Sequence record: MN850651.1
Length of the DNA stretch: 64,000 nt
Source: Escherichia phage moskry
Reading direction: 5' to 3' (one strand)
The position numbers and the translations under genes are program-made. Position 1 is the stretch's first letter. Every line of letters starts with the position of its first letter. Below the pieces are notes generated by a model. The model ran no database searches. It saw nothing but the letters and a program-made list of their open reading frames with translations, and was not told the DNA's origin. Below are positions 8,321-17,662 of the stretch, piece by piece.

Positions 8321-9268
8321 TTATTCTGTAAATAATTCAGTAACGTCTGAAATTACTTCATAACGACAAGTACGCATCTTAGCATCGCCATAGTCAACCG
8401 GGATGGATACAACATCACGTGGATGAACTTTAACCTTAACAACTTTATCTGAGCTAGAACCAAAGTAACGAATATATGATTTAGCACAAACATGTAGACC
8501 ACGGGAGCAGGTTTGAGTATCATCATCGTTAACACGAGTACGAGGCATTGAAACAACTTTACCTGGCGAGTTATCAAATGTGCCACTATAGCAATCTAAA
8601 TAGTCTTTACGAACTACTTTCCACGCATAGAAATGCCCATCTTCAGTGATTTCAATATCGTTTGCAACCAAGAAGTCGAATAAACGTTGTACAGCTTTTT
8701 CGCTTGGGTTTTCTAACAGGTTTTCAAGGAACGGCAGATAGAATTTAAAGTCTTCGCCTTTTTCCATAGAATCAATAATACGATTAACCAGTCCTGAACG
8801 AATTTCTATACCTTGATAAAATAAACTACCACCTTCAATAGTAACATTACCGTCAACAAACTTAGTAATAGCTTTCTTGATGTTAATAAGTTCGACAGCT
8901 TTACTAAGGTTTCCTGCGACCAGATTAGCTTTAATTTCTTCAAAATTTGCATGACTTGATGGGGTCGCATTGTATGCTACGCGTCCTTCAATGATTGAAA
9001 TAAATTTAGATGACGCGTTCCATACGATTTCTGGACGATGACCTGTAATAATAGGTTCATTATTTTCTGGAACTTCTTCGATTACATAAGAGGCATCGTT
9101 TGCTTCAGGGACAACGCCTTCTGCTTTAAAATTCTTAACAATCTTACGAAGAGTATCTGTTGAAATGTCGAAGTAATCGGCAATTTCTTTACGAGTCCAT
9201 TTGCCTGATTTGACCAGGCCGTAAGCTTCTAACTGTTCTTCTTGGGACAAGCATTTGATATTGTACAT
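8321..9268 (-). CDS. rIIB: rIIB protein
   Basis: 315 aa; MYNIKCL.., ..RVNDDDTQTCSRGLHVC.KSYIR.FGSSS.KVVKVKVHPRDVVSIP.. match T4 rIIB from memory. Confidence 0.95.
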   Translation of the reverse strand: MYNIKCLSQEEQLEAYGLVKSGKWTRKEIADYFDISTDTLRKIVKNFKAEGVVPEANDASYVIEEVPENNEPIITGHRPEIVWNASSKFISIIEGRVAYNATPSSHANFEEIKANLVAGNLSKAVELINIKKAITKFVDGNVTIEGGSLFYQGIEIRSGLVNRIIDSMEKGEDFKFYLPFLENLLENPSEKAVQRLFDFLVANDIEITEDGHFYAWKVVRKDYLDCYSGTFDNSPGKVVSMPRTRVNDDDTQTCSRGLHVCAKSYIRYFGSSSDKVVKVKVHPRDVVSIPVDYGDAKMRTCRYEVISDVTELFTE

Positions 9269-9277
9269 AATGTTTCC

Positions 9278-11491
9278 TTATTTGGCCGCTTCCACGGCCT
9301 TCATGAATTTAACGATTTGAGCGACCTGTTCTTTAGAAAGAGTACCACGTCGTCCCATGTATTCTGACACAATATGATAATTGGTTTCAAATTCAATAAC
9401 CATTTTATCATCATTATCGTAAGCATTATCTTTAAGCTTATCGAAAATTTTAGCACACAATTCTAACTTCTTATTCAGGTCTGTATTAGTAGCACCTGCG
9501 AATCGATTCCATCCCCAGCGATTATTTACTGTTGAGAGTTTTGCAAAGTCTTTACTGATTTCTTTGTTCTTAGAGCTAAAATACTTACTAAGGAAGTTAA
9601 GCTCTTCGTTACGAGTAATATGATTCAAATAAGGCTGTGCTCTACGACTTGGTGATACATACTCATCATAATCCACTTTATCAATTAGCGTAATATAGTC
9701 GTTAATTGATTTTTCGAACAAGCATTCTACTTCACCAAGTTTACGAACTTTCTTAGCAATCTGTGGACGGACTACAGTGAACTCTTTAATACCTGACAAA
9801 TCAGCAATACGGGTCAAGAAATTAGAGTCATAGTTCAACCAACCTTTATCTGCGTCAAGACATTCAGCATTAGAACGATTACGAACTATAGCATAACCTT
9901 GGATTTCATCAGCTTCACTCGCTGGAATAAAGAGATCTTCCGATACCCAAACATCGTTTTCATTCTTAAAGAACCGATGAGCACTTGGGGATTTAGGACG
10001 AGGCCCATTAGAACGAGTCTTGACTTCAATCCACGGCTTAACGATTTGTAAAAGCTCTGAAGTCTTGTACATGTTAATGTTGTCGCCATCAAAGATAACT
10101 TTAAGACGTTCCAGAAGTTTCATTGCATCTTCGTCTGTAGGGTCAACGAATAGTACGCTTTTACCAAAACCTCGTGGAACTTTACCGTTTAATTTAACCT
10201 CGTCTTTAGACATTTCAATTGAATTAAGAGCTCGCATTAACGGAACGCGTCCCTTAACGTCGTCAATAACAATTTCAACGTTTTTAATGTTAATGCCAAT
10301 CAGACTGTTAATTGAAATAGTTGCCGATGAGCTACCACTTTCACGAATACGACGAAGACGAGGGGATTCAACGATATCGTATACGACGCCAAGATTACAC
10401 CACTCAGGCCCCATTTTAAAACGTTTGTACAACTCAGAATAAGTTAGTTGTTCTTTAGAATATTTCAGTGATTCAATATTAGAACCAGCTTTTTCCATGT
10501 ATTTACGAGCGGTATAACCAAGAGAATCAATTTCACGGAACACATGACGTGGATATTCACAATCAATCCATTTCTTAGAATCTTCAGCAAATAATTTTGC
10601 ATCGATTTCTGCAACGCGTTTATGGATATTTGCTACTGTACGTTTATCAAATGACAATGCTTCACGAGACGGGGCTACATCTAGTTCACCCATAGGGAAT
10701 TTAATATAAGCTGTAGTGCATCGCGTCATCATCCATGTTTGTTCTTTAATAACACTTCCGATTGGATATACAATACCACCATAAACAGCCATGATATTAC
10801 CACGTTCACCCCATGGAGCTTCCTTGGCCAAATATACATCGTCAAATTCAGGAAAGTATTTAATATCTTTAACACCACGAACTTCTGCAATATCACCTAG
10901 AGGACGCATAACATATGCAATTTCGGATGCGAACTTTTCAAAATCTTCTGGGTTAACCGGTACAACTACTTCTACACCCGTACGGTCATCAGGGCCCATC
11001 TTATCTACAAAGGTTGGCTTAATCTGTGGACCACTGTCATCTTGGTAGATTACGTAACCACGAACTTCACCGTTGTGATAAGACGTAAGGTTAAACGTAT
11101 CAGTATATGCTAGTGGAGCTTTAGAGCCGAGTCCGAATCCACCAATGAAATCGTTACTCGATGTTTTAGTTGAAGCAAAATATGAGTTATAGATTCCTGG
11201 CTCTTCGTCATTACCTCGAATGGTGAAATCACTCATACCAGGACCAAAGTCTCGAACTACAAAACGTGGGTCTAAACGACCTGGAGCCTGAACAATAAAT
11301 TTATCAGTGCAACCATTAAGAATTTGTCCATCGATACAGTTTGTGATTAATTCACGTACACAAGCCAATTCTTTGTTTGTATAAAGGTCGTTAGACAAAA
11401 TCTTATAAACTTTGCTATTGCCTTGAATAGTGAATGCTGTGCTCTTACCGCCTGAACCAATAATCGTTTCTTTAGCCGTTTCAATAATCAT
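9278..11491 (-). CDS. rIIA: rIIA protein
   Basis: 737 aa; N-terminal ATPase-like region (..VRELITNCIDG..FGPGMSDF..GGFGLGSK..) matching T4 rIIA. Confidence 0.95.
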   Translation of the reverse strand: MIIETAKETIIGSGGKSTAFTIQGNSKVYKILSNDLYTNKELACVRELITNCIDGQILNGCTDKFIVQAPGRLDPRFVVRDFGPGMSDFTIRGNDEEPGIYNSYFASTKTSSNDFIGGFGLGSKAPLAYTDTFNLTSYHNGEVRGYVIYQDDSGPQIKPTFVDKMGPDDRTGVEVVVPVNPEDFEKFASEIAYVMRPLGDIAEVRGVKDIKYFPEFDDVYLAKEAPWGERGNIMAVYGGIVYPIGSVIKEQTWMMTRCTTAYIKFPMGELDVAPSREALSFDKRTVANIHKRVAEIDAKLFAEDSKKWIDCEYPRHVFREIDSLGYTARKYMEKAGSNIESLKYSKEQLTYSELYKRFKMGPEWCNLGVVYDIVESPRLRRIRESGSSSATISINSLIGINIKNVEIVIDDVKGRVPLMRALNSIEMSKDEVKLNGKVPRGFGKSVLFVDPTDEDAMKLLERLKVIFDGDNINMYKTSELLQIVKPWIEVKTRSNGPRPKSPSAHRFFKNENDVWVSEDLFIPASEADEIQGYAIVRNRSNAECLDADKGWLNYDSNFLTRIADLSGIKEFTVVRPQIAKKVRKLGEVECLFEKSINDYITLIDKVDYDEYVSPSRRAQPYLNHITRNEELNFLSKYFSSKNKEISKDFAKLSTVNNRWGWNRFAGATNTDLNKKLELCAKIFDKLKDNAYDNDDKMVIEFETNYHIVSEYMGRRGTLSKEQVAQIVKFMKAVEAAK

Positions 11492-11503
11492 ATTTTTCTC
11501 TCA

Positions 11504-11704
11504 TCACAAGTTACGTTTAAAAATTTCTGCTACTTCAAGAAGTTCTTCTTTAGTAGCTGTATCGGTTTGTATTTTATATCGAATTTCTTTAAAGCGTTCT
11601 TTAAAGGACTCTGCTGACTCGATATCAAAAAATCTTTGGATAAGCCGGAATTCCCGGAGCACTGCTTTATCAAAAAGTTCCAAGTCCACGTTATATGTTC
11701 TCAT
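11504..11704 (-). CDS. rIIA.1: rIIA.1-like small protein
   Basis: 66-aa ORF directly downstream of rIIA, as in T4. Confidence 0.55.
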   Translation of the reverse strand: MRTYNVDLELFDKAVLREFRLIQRFFDIESAESFKERFKEIRYKIQTDTATKEELLEVAEIFKRNL

Positions 11705-11796
11705 AATATTCTCTTCAGTAGATTCCTAGGGCACTATTACTAAAGACCATATAATTTATCATCTTATGTGTAATAGTGCCTCAGGCTATTCAGGAT

Positions 11797-12897
11797 TTAC
11801 GCTGTGAAGATTTTATCCCACATCGCAACAACTGCATCTCGATTATACTTCTTCCATACTGCTTCAGCACGTTTAACTCGAGCTTCGTATGTGTCAGTGA
11901 ATTCTAATACAGCTTTTGTGTAAAGCGCAACTACTTCTTTCTTAGGAGTAGAGGAATCAATTTCTACACGCACAGTATCTGGGTCGTATTCGAATGTCGC
12001 ATGAGGATAATCCTTAAAAACTAACTGGATTACAGGGACACCTTTAGAGATGGCTTCAATAGAACTATTCTCTACCGTACCTGTGTCAGGACACGTATTA
12101 ATAAGTGCTTTAGCTGTTTTAAGACATTCCATAATTTCACTGTGTGGAGCATCAATAATAACAGGATATTTAGCTGGTGGTGCCCATTTGCTTGGACAAT
12201 AACCAATACCATTTTCGCCTAGTGCTTTAATCGCTTCAAGAGCAACATCAGTACGACGCATTTTAGTGTCATAACGTTGTGCACTAATAATCAGATCAGT
12301 CGCCGGAAGAACTTCAGGTTTCTCATTCAAACAAATAACCGGATAATCTTCGGCTTCAAACAACGGATTTGCTCGCCAATAATCATAATCGATTTTGTCA
12401 GTCAGACCTGAAGTCATATAACAATATTTGCGTTCAAATTCACGGAAGGCTTTAGTAGGAGCATAACTCTTACCGCCATTCTTATGAATTTGAATAGTTT
12501 GGTCCCAAATTTGAACAATGCCACGAGATACCGGTTCAAATGGTGTTGCCATAAAATTCTTGTGAACTTTAGAGAGACCTGCGTCTTTAATTGCCTGAAC
12601 GGTTAGTTTAGTCGGTTCCATAGTAACAACAAAATCGTATTCATGGATGCCGGCTAGTTCAACAATCTTACGAGCCATAGTATAACTCATACCTAGACTG
12701 AATTTAGTCAGATGACCAACAGGATGGTGTGTAACTTTCCAGTCACCAAACGTGTCGTTATCAAAGCCGATATAATCAATATCAGCACCGATGGACACAA
12801 GATATTTCAACACGTTCAAATGAACCGCTTCAAGACCACCTTGTACACGTTCTGGGTTAAATGGGACTGCGCGAGATGGGATAAACATAACTTTCAT
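11797..12897 (-). CDS. putative glycosyltransferase (GT-B-like), candidate DNA sugar transferase
   Basis: 366 aa; C-terminal ..ENSSIEAISKGVPVIQL.. resembles the E-x-G-x-PV(I/V) region of GT-B transferases; sits between rIIA.1 and gene 39 where T4 has gene 60/mobA. Fold assignment is inference only. Confidence 0.45.
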   Translation of the reverse strand: MKVMFIPSRAVPFNPERVQGGLEAVHLNVLKYLVSIGADIDYIGFDNDTFGDWKVTHHPVGHLTKFSLGMSYTMARKIVELAGIHEYDFVVTMEPTKLTVQAIKDAGLSKVHKNFMATPFEPVSRGIVQIWDQTIQIHKNGGKSYAPTKAFREFERKYCYMTSGLTDKIDYDYWRANPLFEAEDYPVICLNEKPEVLPATDLIISAQRYDTKMRRTDVALEAIKALGENGIGYCPSKWAPPAKYPVIIDAPHSEIMECLKTAKALINTCPDTGTVENSSIEAISKGVPVIQLVFKDYPHATFEYDPDTVRVEIDSSTPKKEVVALYTKAVLEFTDTYEARVKRAEAVWKKYNRDAVVAMWDKIFTA

Positions 12898-12923
12898 AAT
12901 TAAGCCTTATTAAAATTAAAATG

Positions 12924-12941
12924 AAGCTCCCGAAGGAGCTT
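12924..12941 (-). terminator. hairpin overlapping the gene 39 stop codon
   Basis: AAGCUCC-CGAA-GGAGCUU stem-loop followed by an AU-rich tract. Confidence 0.45.
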
Positions 12942-14757
12942 AGGACATCCATTCTTTACGAAGTTCTGAATCATCACCCATCAACATTTCAAAGAGTTCT
13001 TTCCAATTTTCAGGAAGTTTAACTACGTCGTACACAGGGTTCTGAATCATTTCACGATATTCTGTCTTTTCAAGGGAGCCCAATCCCTTGATGTATCGAA
13101 TACTATGCTTAGGCAGTGTATCTTTAACTTCTTCATACTCAGCTACAGTATAAAACCATTTTTGAGTTTTGCCAATTTGTGCAATAATTACAGGCGTTTT
13201 AACAAAGCGAATACGTCCTTGTTCAAACAATTCAGGCCAATTACTAAAGAAAGCAAGCAAAGCCGGATAGATACTTCCAAGACCGTCATGATCTGCATCG
13301 GTCATAATTGCAATATTACGATAGTTCGTATTCTCTGCCTTTTCACCAAGAATAAGACCTGTGATAGCACAGATATCGAAGAGCTCTTTGTTCTTCATCA
13401 TATCAGCATATGACATACCCCAGCTATTCATCACCTTACCACGTAATGGGAATCCGCCGTGTAGTTCACGGTCACGAACATCAATGAGATAACCAATTGC
13501 AGAATCACCTTCTGTTAAGAACAATGTCGTATCTGCATCTTTACCACATTGGTTAGCTTTAATATGCTTATGAACCTTAGCTTTAGTTGCCTTTTTAGCT
13601 GCTTTAGTTTCTGCAGCCTTTTCTGCTGCCAATTTACGAGCTAATGCTGCTTCAACAATAGGCATAATCAAGGCTTCGTTTTTAAGAAGTGCCTGAGCAA
13701 TTTTCTTAGCATCTAATTGGATATGATTACGAATATCACCATACGTTGACGTTAAACGTTCTTTAGTCTGAGAATCAAAACGCATGTTGCTCATGTCTCT
13801 AATAAACATCAACATTGTGAGACATTCTTTAACACGAGCTTTAGTGACTTCAATACCCTTATATTTCTTTTTAATACCCGGCAAAAGATGTTCGCAGATA
13901 TCATCCATTACACATTCAACATGATGACCACCATTTTTAGTATGGATGTTATTCACATAAGTTAAATGACGGAAGCCGTCTGGTGATGTTGTGAATGCTA
14001 TAGAGACTTTATCATTTTCTTGAATGATGTTATCTTCGCCAAATTGTTTAGCAAATCGTTTAAAATTACCATCAACCTTTTTACCATTAAATGTGAACTT
14101 GATATCAGGATAAACGACTGCCAATGTTTGAAGTCGGTCTAAAGTAATATCTAAATAAATTTGAGATAAATTATGCTCTTCAAATGAAGAGAAATCAGGA
14201 GTGAAGATTACTTTAGTGCCTTTACCTTTAGATTTCTTAGAAGACCATGATTTGTTTTCCATTCCGTTTGAACAGTTAACAGTGATTTCATTTTCGCCAT
14301 CTGACGTGATGCCTGTAAACAACGTAGAGAAGATATTAGTTAAACTACTCCCGACGCCGTTCATACCACCAGTCTTGCGTTCAGAGTCATCACCAAAGTT
14401 ACCACCGGCCTTTGGAATAGTCCAGGCTGCTACAGGCCCAGGAATTTGTTCACCTGTTTGGTCGGTAACTAAACCTTGAGGAATACCACGTCCATTATCT
14501 TCCACCGAAACTTGATTATTTTTAATTTGCACATCAATTTTATTTGCAAACTTAAATGATGTACGAATAGCTTCATCAACCGAGTTGTCAATAATCTCAT
14601 CGATTAATTTAACCAGACCAGGAACATATTCAACTTGTTGATATTTACCAAACAAAAAACGCTCATGTGCTTCTTTAGCTGAAGAACCAATATACATACC
14701 ACTACGTTTCTTAATATGTTCTACATCTGACAATACCTTAATTTCATTTTTAATCAT
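12940..14757 (-). CDS. 39: DNA topoisomerase II large subunit gp39 (unsplit, GyrB-like ATPase + Toprim)
   Basis: 605 aa single ORF; ..DNSVDEAI.., ..ENEITVNC.., C-terminal Toprim ..IMTDADHDGLGSIYPALL..; includes the region encoded separately by gene 60 in T4. Confidence 0.95.
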   Translation of the reverse strand: MIKNEIKVLSDVEHIKKRSGMYIGSSAKEAHERFLFGKYQQVEYVPGLVKLIDEIIDNSVDEAIRTSFKFANKIDVQIKNNQVSVEDNGRGIPQGLVTDQTGEQIPGPVAAWTIPKAGGNFGDDSERKTGGMNGVGSSLTNIFSTLFTGITSDGENEITVNCSNGMENKSWSSKKSKGKGTKVIFTPDFSSFEEHNLSQIYLDITLDRLQTLAVVYPDIKFTFNGKKVDGNFKRFAKQFGEDNIIQENDKVSIAFTTSPDGFRHLTYVNNIHTKNGGHHVECVMDDICEHLLPGIKKKYKGIEVTKARVKECLTMLMFIRDMSNMRFDSQTKERLTSTYGDIRNHIQLDAKKIAQALLKNEALIMPIVEAALARKLAAEKAAETKAAKKATKAKVHKHIKANQCGKDADTTLFLTEGDSAIGYLIDVRDRELHGGFPLRGKVMNSWGMSYADMMKNKELFDICAITGLILGEKAENTNYRNIAIMTDADHDGLGSIYPALLAFFSNWPELFEQGRIRFVKTPVIIAQIGKTQKWFYTVAEYEEVKDTLPKHSIRYIKGLGSLEKTEYREMIQNPVYDVVKLPENWKELFEMLMGDDSELRKEWMS

Positions 14758-14803
14758 GTTGTCTCCTCGTTATGAAGGTATTCTATCATCCGAAATCTAA
14801 AGC

Positions 14804-14820
14804 AAAAAGGGCCGAAGCCC
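14804..14820 (-). terminator. terminator hairpin after the 14821-15243 gene
   Basis: GGGC-CGAA-GCCC preceded on + strand by an A-run (U-run on - strand). Confidence 0.5.
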
Positions 14821-15243
14821 TTATTTAAATTTAATTTTCTGAAGTGCATCAATTGCAGCCAAACGCCCTTGTTCACTTTTAACTGTAATGACCACATCGC
14901 CTGATACGATCACCGAACCATCAACAAATTCTATAGAGCCTTTTTTGAAATCGACAGCTGTATCTGGTTCCGGAACTTCTTCAAAGAATTTAAATTCTGC
15001 ACCATAAAGCAGAATATCACCTTGCATACTAATGATTGTACGTCCAGGTCCATCGGTTTCAGCGGCAATCATTGAAACACCGTAACCAATCATCTCTTCT
15101 ACAATAAAATCTCTTGATAATAAAACTGTATGCAGAGTAGTGTTAAGACGTTTACCAGTTGTATTAAGAATTCTCAAGAAATTATCTTCTTGACCTTTGA
15201 TAATACGATATTTCTTACCAACTTCAAAACCTTTAAAAGCCAT
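14821..15243 (-). CDS. hypothetical protein (140 aa)
   Basis: ORF track; position corresponds to the 39.x/goF region of T4, identity unverified. Confidence 0.5.
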   Translation of the reverse strand: MAFKGFEVGKKYRIIKGQEDNFLRILNTTGKRLNTTLHTVLLSRDFIVEEMIGYGVSMIAAETDGPGRTIISMQGDILLYGAEFKFFEEVPEPDTAVDFKKGSIEFVDGSVIVSGDVVITVKSEQGRLAAIDALQKIKFK

Positions 15244-15245
15244 AA

Positions 15246-15425
15246 TTAACCCTTCTTAAGTAAGTCGTAAAAACCACCGTTCACATGTTTAGGAGCAGAA
15301 ACCCGACGAGTAGACAGACGATGACATTCAGGGCAAACATCGTTTTCTCGTTCAGAAATTCTTTTAATTTTTTCATATTCATGACCACAATCTTCAGATT
15401 GGCATTTATAGTCGTATAACGGCAT
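15246..15425 (-). CDS. zinc-ribbon protein (FmdB-like, 59 aa)
   Basis: Not in ORF track. [47 protein letters not shown]..; CxxC..CxxC; start overlaps the upstream stop as TAATG. Confidence 0.5.
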   Translation of the reverse strand: MPLYDYKCQSEDCGHEYEKIKRISERENDVCPECHRLSTRRVSAPKHVNGGFYDLLKKG

Positions 15426-15856
15426 TATTGTTCCTTAAAGTGAGCTTTCAACATTTGATACAATGACCATGCCTGGTCATTATTTTCGATAGTAATCGTC
15501 ATCACAGGAAATTCAGACAATTCGTCAAGTTCACCAGAATCTTGCTCTTCAGACGCTTGATATGGATTTCCAACTTCATCAAAAAACTCTGCTTCATTCG
15601 TGGAGAGCCAGATAAAGTTTTCATCAAGGATATCACCGCCTGTTGCGTATCCAACCATGCCAGTAGATGTCACAATTTTAGTAGGACGACCAAGATGGTC
15701 AACATCTAATACTTTAAATGGTTCCATGCCAAGACGTCGTGCATAAATCCCATTATCAGTGTGGTCTTTAATAAACTCTTCTTGGGCACGTTTATCTTTA
15801 AATTGGTACCATGAATTAACGCGGAATTTATTAGCCATTAGTAAGTTTCCTTCCAA
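15425..15856 (-). CDS. hypothetical acidic protein (143 aa)
   Basis: ORF track. Confidence 0.5.
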   Translation of the reverse strand: MEGNLLMANKFRVNSWYQFKDKRAQEEFIKDHTDNGIYARRLGMEPFKVLDVDHLGRPTKIVTSTGMVGYATGGDILDENFIWLSTNEAEFFDEVGNPYQASEEQDSGELDELSEFPVMTITIENNDQAWSLYQMLKAHFKEQ

Positions 15857-16065
15857 TAAGTTGTACCGTTTTCAGTGATTTCACGGAAGATACCATAGAT
15901 AGGCATTTCATCACCGAGTTTTTCGTAAACGTAAACCACTTCAGTGTAGCATAAAAATTCAGTCCAGTTTTTCTGTACAACAACTAAATCAGGATTAAAC
16001 AGAACATCTTCAAACTCATCGATGTTTGAATCAGTAGTTACGTTTTTAATGATTTGACGTTTCAT
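15838..16065 (-). CDS. hypothetical protein (75 aa; track ORF extends to 16110)
   Basis: The track's 5' extension runs into the promoter; internal Met MKRQIIKNV.. is preceded by SD GAGGAG. Confidence 0.45.
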   Translation of the reverse strand: MKRQIIKNVTTDSNIDEFEDVLFNPDLVVVQKNWTEFLCYTEVVYVYEKLGDEMPIYGIFREITENGTTYWKETY

Positions 16066-16093
16066 AATATTCTCCTCTTGTTTTGATAGGTCT

Positions 16094-16122
16094 ATAGTAT
16101 CATAGACCATAGTTGTTGTACA
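16094..16122 (-). promoter_or_regulatory. early promoter (TGTACA-N17-TACTAT) with dyad GGUCUAU/AUAGACC
   Basis: Read directly; followed by AGACCTATCAAAAC box. Confidence 0.5.
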
Positions 16123-16647
16123 TCATTTTAGCAAAATAAAATCAACTTGTTCTGCCAATGAACGTCTAAACATTAATTGACAACTTCCGAGGATGAAATC
16201 AGGTGCTTCATAGACCGCGATGTAGTATCCTTTAGCTTTCAAGAGTTCAACATCCACCTGGTCATCAAACCATGCATAAACCGCGTCAACACTTTCAAAT
16301 CCAAAATAGAACTCTTGAGCCCAATCTTCGTTCAATTCAAATGTGTGCTCAATTCTATAGTATCTTAAGATATTTTGTTCAAGGAGTTTGTCTTCATTTA
16401 CTGTAGGACGATTAGGGACATTATAGTTGTCGCCGTGATGGTAGAAGTTACCTGAGAGTATTCCATGTTTATCAAGGAATTCCCATGTTTCTTCAGAGTT
16501 GTCAGTGCCAGACCAACCGTATGGCGAACGAGGTTCTTTATTCCAAGAGGTTTCCCAAATTCTGACGGCTTTACCGTCTTTGATAGCAATTCCTGGTAAT
16601 GATTCACGTTGAGTACAAAAACTACGTTCTACGCGGTAAACTAACAT
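16123..16647 (-). CDS. hypothetical protein (174 aa)
   Basis: ORF track; SD GAGGAG 8 nt before ATG; own promoter. Confidence 0.5.
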   Translation of the reverse strand: MLVYRVERSFCTQRESLPGIAIKDGKAVRIWETSWNKEPRSPYGWSGTDNSEETWEFLDKHGILSGNFYHHGDNYNVPNRPTVNEDKLLEQNILRYYRIEHTFELNEDWAQEFYFGFESVDAVYAWFDDQVDVELLKAKGYYIAVYEAPDFILGSCQLMFRRSLAEQVDFILLK

Positions 16648-16652
16648 ATTAT

Positions 16653-16695
16653 TCTCCTCTGGTTGACATGGTTATAATATCAAAACCAGAGGAGA
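16653..16695 (-). promoter_or_regulatory. 13-bp inverted repeat (UUCUCCUCUGGUU / AACCAGAGGAGAA) able to sequester the SD of the 16647 gene in read-through RNA; promoter -10 lies in the loop
   Basis: Perfect complementarity read in sequence; the 3' arm contains the GAGGAG SD. Confidence 0.5.
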
Positions 16696-16702
16696 AGTAA
16701 AC
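16674..16702 (-). promoter_or_regulatory. early promoter GTTTAC-N17-TATTAT
   Basis: Consensus hexamers; transcripts starting here would lack the 5' arm of the SD-occluding hairpin. Confidence 0.5.
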
Positions 16703-16706
16703 AATT

Positions 16707-17126
16707 TTATGCGAAAGCAGCTGGGCTATATTTTTTAATTTGGAATTCAGGAACTACCATGAACTGACCAGCGAAAACGATGTTATAAAGCTTAACACCA
16801 TCTTCTACCCAACGGTCGCTAATAAATCCGGCGATTTGCTTAGTTTTCCATGGCGTTCCATCAGTTGCCGCAGCAATAGTGAATTCATGGTCTTTTTCAA
16901 CAGAAACTGATCTGCATAGTCCCCATTTGAACGCTTTTTCTTCTGGTTCAATGAACTGGCTTGAGACGTAGCCAATATTACCATTAGCATCACGAACTTT
17001 AACTTGGTTACGACCAAAAACCGGATCACTCACAGAAAGAACTTCAACCAACTTCCCGGCAACTTTAGAGCGAGAAGCAACAGATACATATACGTAATCA
17101 CCTGTAGAGAGATTTACAATATTCAT
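16707..17126 (-). CDS. hypothetical protein, member A of a tandem paralog trio
   Basis: 139 aa; shares N-terminal ..ASRSK.AGKLVEV.. and C-terminal ..GFISD.WVEDG.KLYNIVF.G.F.VV.. with the next gene. Confidence 0.55.
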   Translation of the reverse strand: MNIVNLSTGDYVYVSVASRSKVAGKLVEVLSVSDPVFGRNQVKVRDANGNIGYVSSQFIEPEEKAFKWGLCRSVSVEKDHEFTIAAATDGTPWKTKQIAGFISDRWVEDGVKLYNIVFAGQFMVVPEFQIKKYSPAAFA

Positions 17127-17135
17127 AATAATTCC

Positions 17136-17600
17136 TTAAGCTTTACGAGGAGACACATAGCGAGTGATTTCAGATTCTTTAACAACTCGGAAGTCACCTA
17201 AGAATACGATATTGTATAACTTTTCACCATCTTCAACCCATTGGTCACTAATGAAGCCACACATAGTATCAGTTTTGCTTGGATAACCGTATTCATCGAT
17301 GAAGTCAAATTCTTTATCAGTCTGGAATTCAACGCCTTTGCAAAGGGCCCATTTGAACTGTGTAGTAGGCTCAACTATATCGCTTGAAGCAAAGTGGGCA
17401 CTTACACGAGTTTCCAAGAATTTAGGACTTACATAGGCGAACTGAGTTTCAGTTTTTCCAGAACTAGGAATGATTCGAACTTTAACTTCTTTAATACGGC
17501 CCATGCCATTAGTACGAAGTCCTACTACTTCAACCAGCTTTCCTGCAGCTTTAGAACGAGACGCTGTCGATACACGTTTAATTTCACCAATATTAATCAT
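17136..17600 (-). CDS. hypothetical protein, member B of the tandem paralog trio
   Basis: Track ORF 17136-17663 begins inside the promoter; internal Met MINIGEIKRVSTASRSKAAGKLVEV.. aligns with the N-terminus of member A. Confidence 0.5.
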   Translation of the reverse strand: MINIGEIKRVSTASRSKAAGKLVEVVGLRTNGMGRIKEVKVRIIPSSGKTETQFAYVSPKFLETRVSAHFASSDIVEPTTQFKWALCKGVEFQTDKEFDFIDEYGYPSKTDTMCGFISDQWVEDGEKLYNIVFLGDFRVVKESEITRYVSPRKA

Positions 17601-17630
17601 ATTTTTTCTCTCTTTGTTTAAATTGAATTC

Positions 17631-17660
17631 ATTATACTCCATCCATCCTTGGATGTACAA
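17631..17660 (-). promoter_or_regulatory. early promoter, copy 1 of a repeated about 30-bp module (TGTACA-N17-TATAAT)
   Basis: ATTATACTCCATCCATCCTTGGATGTACAA on + strand. Confidence 0.5.
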
Positions 17661-17662
17661 CA

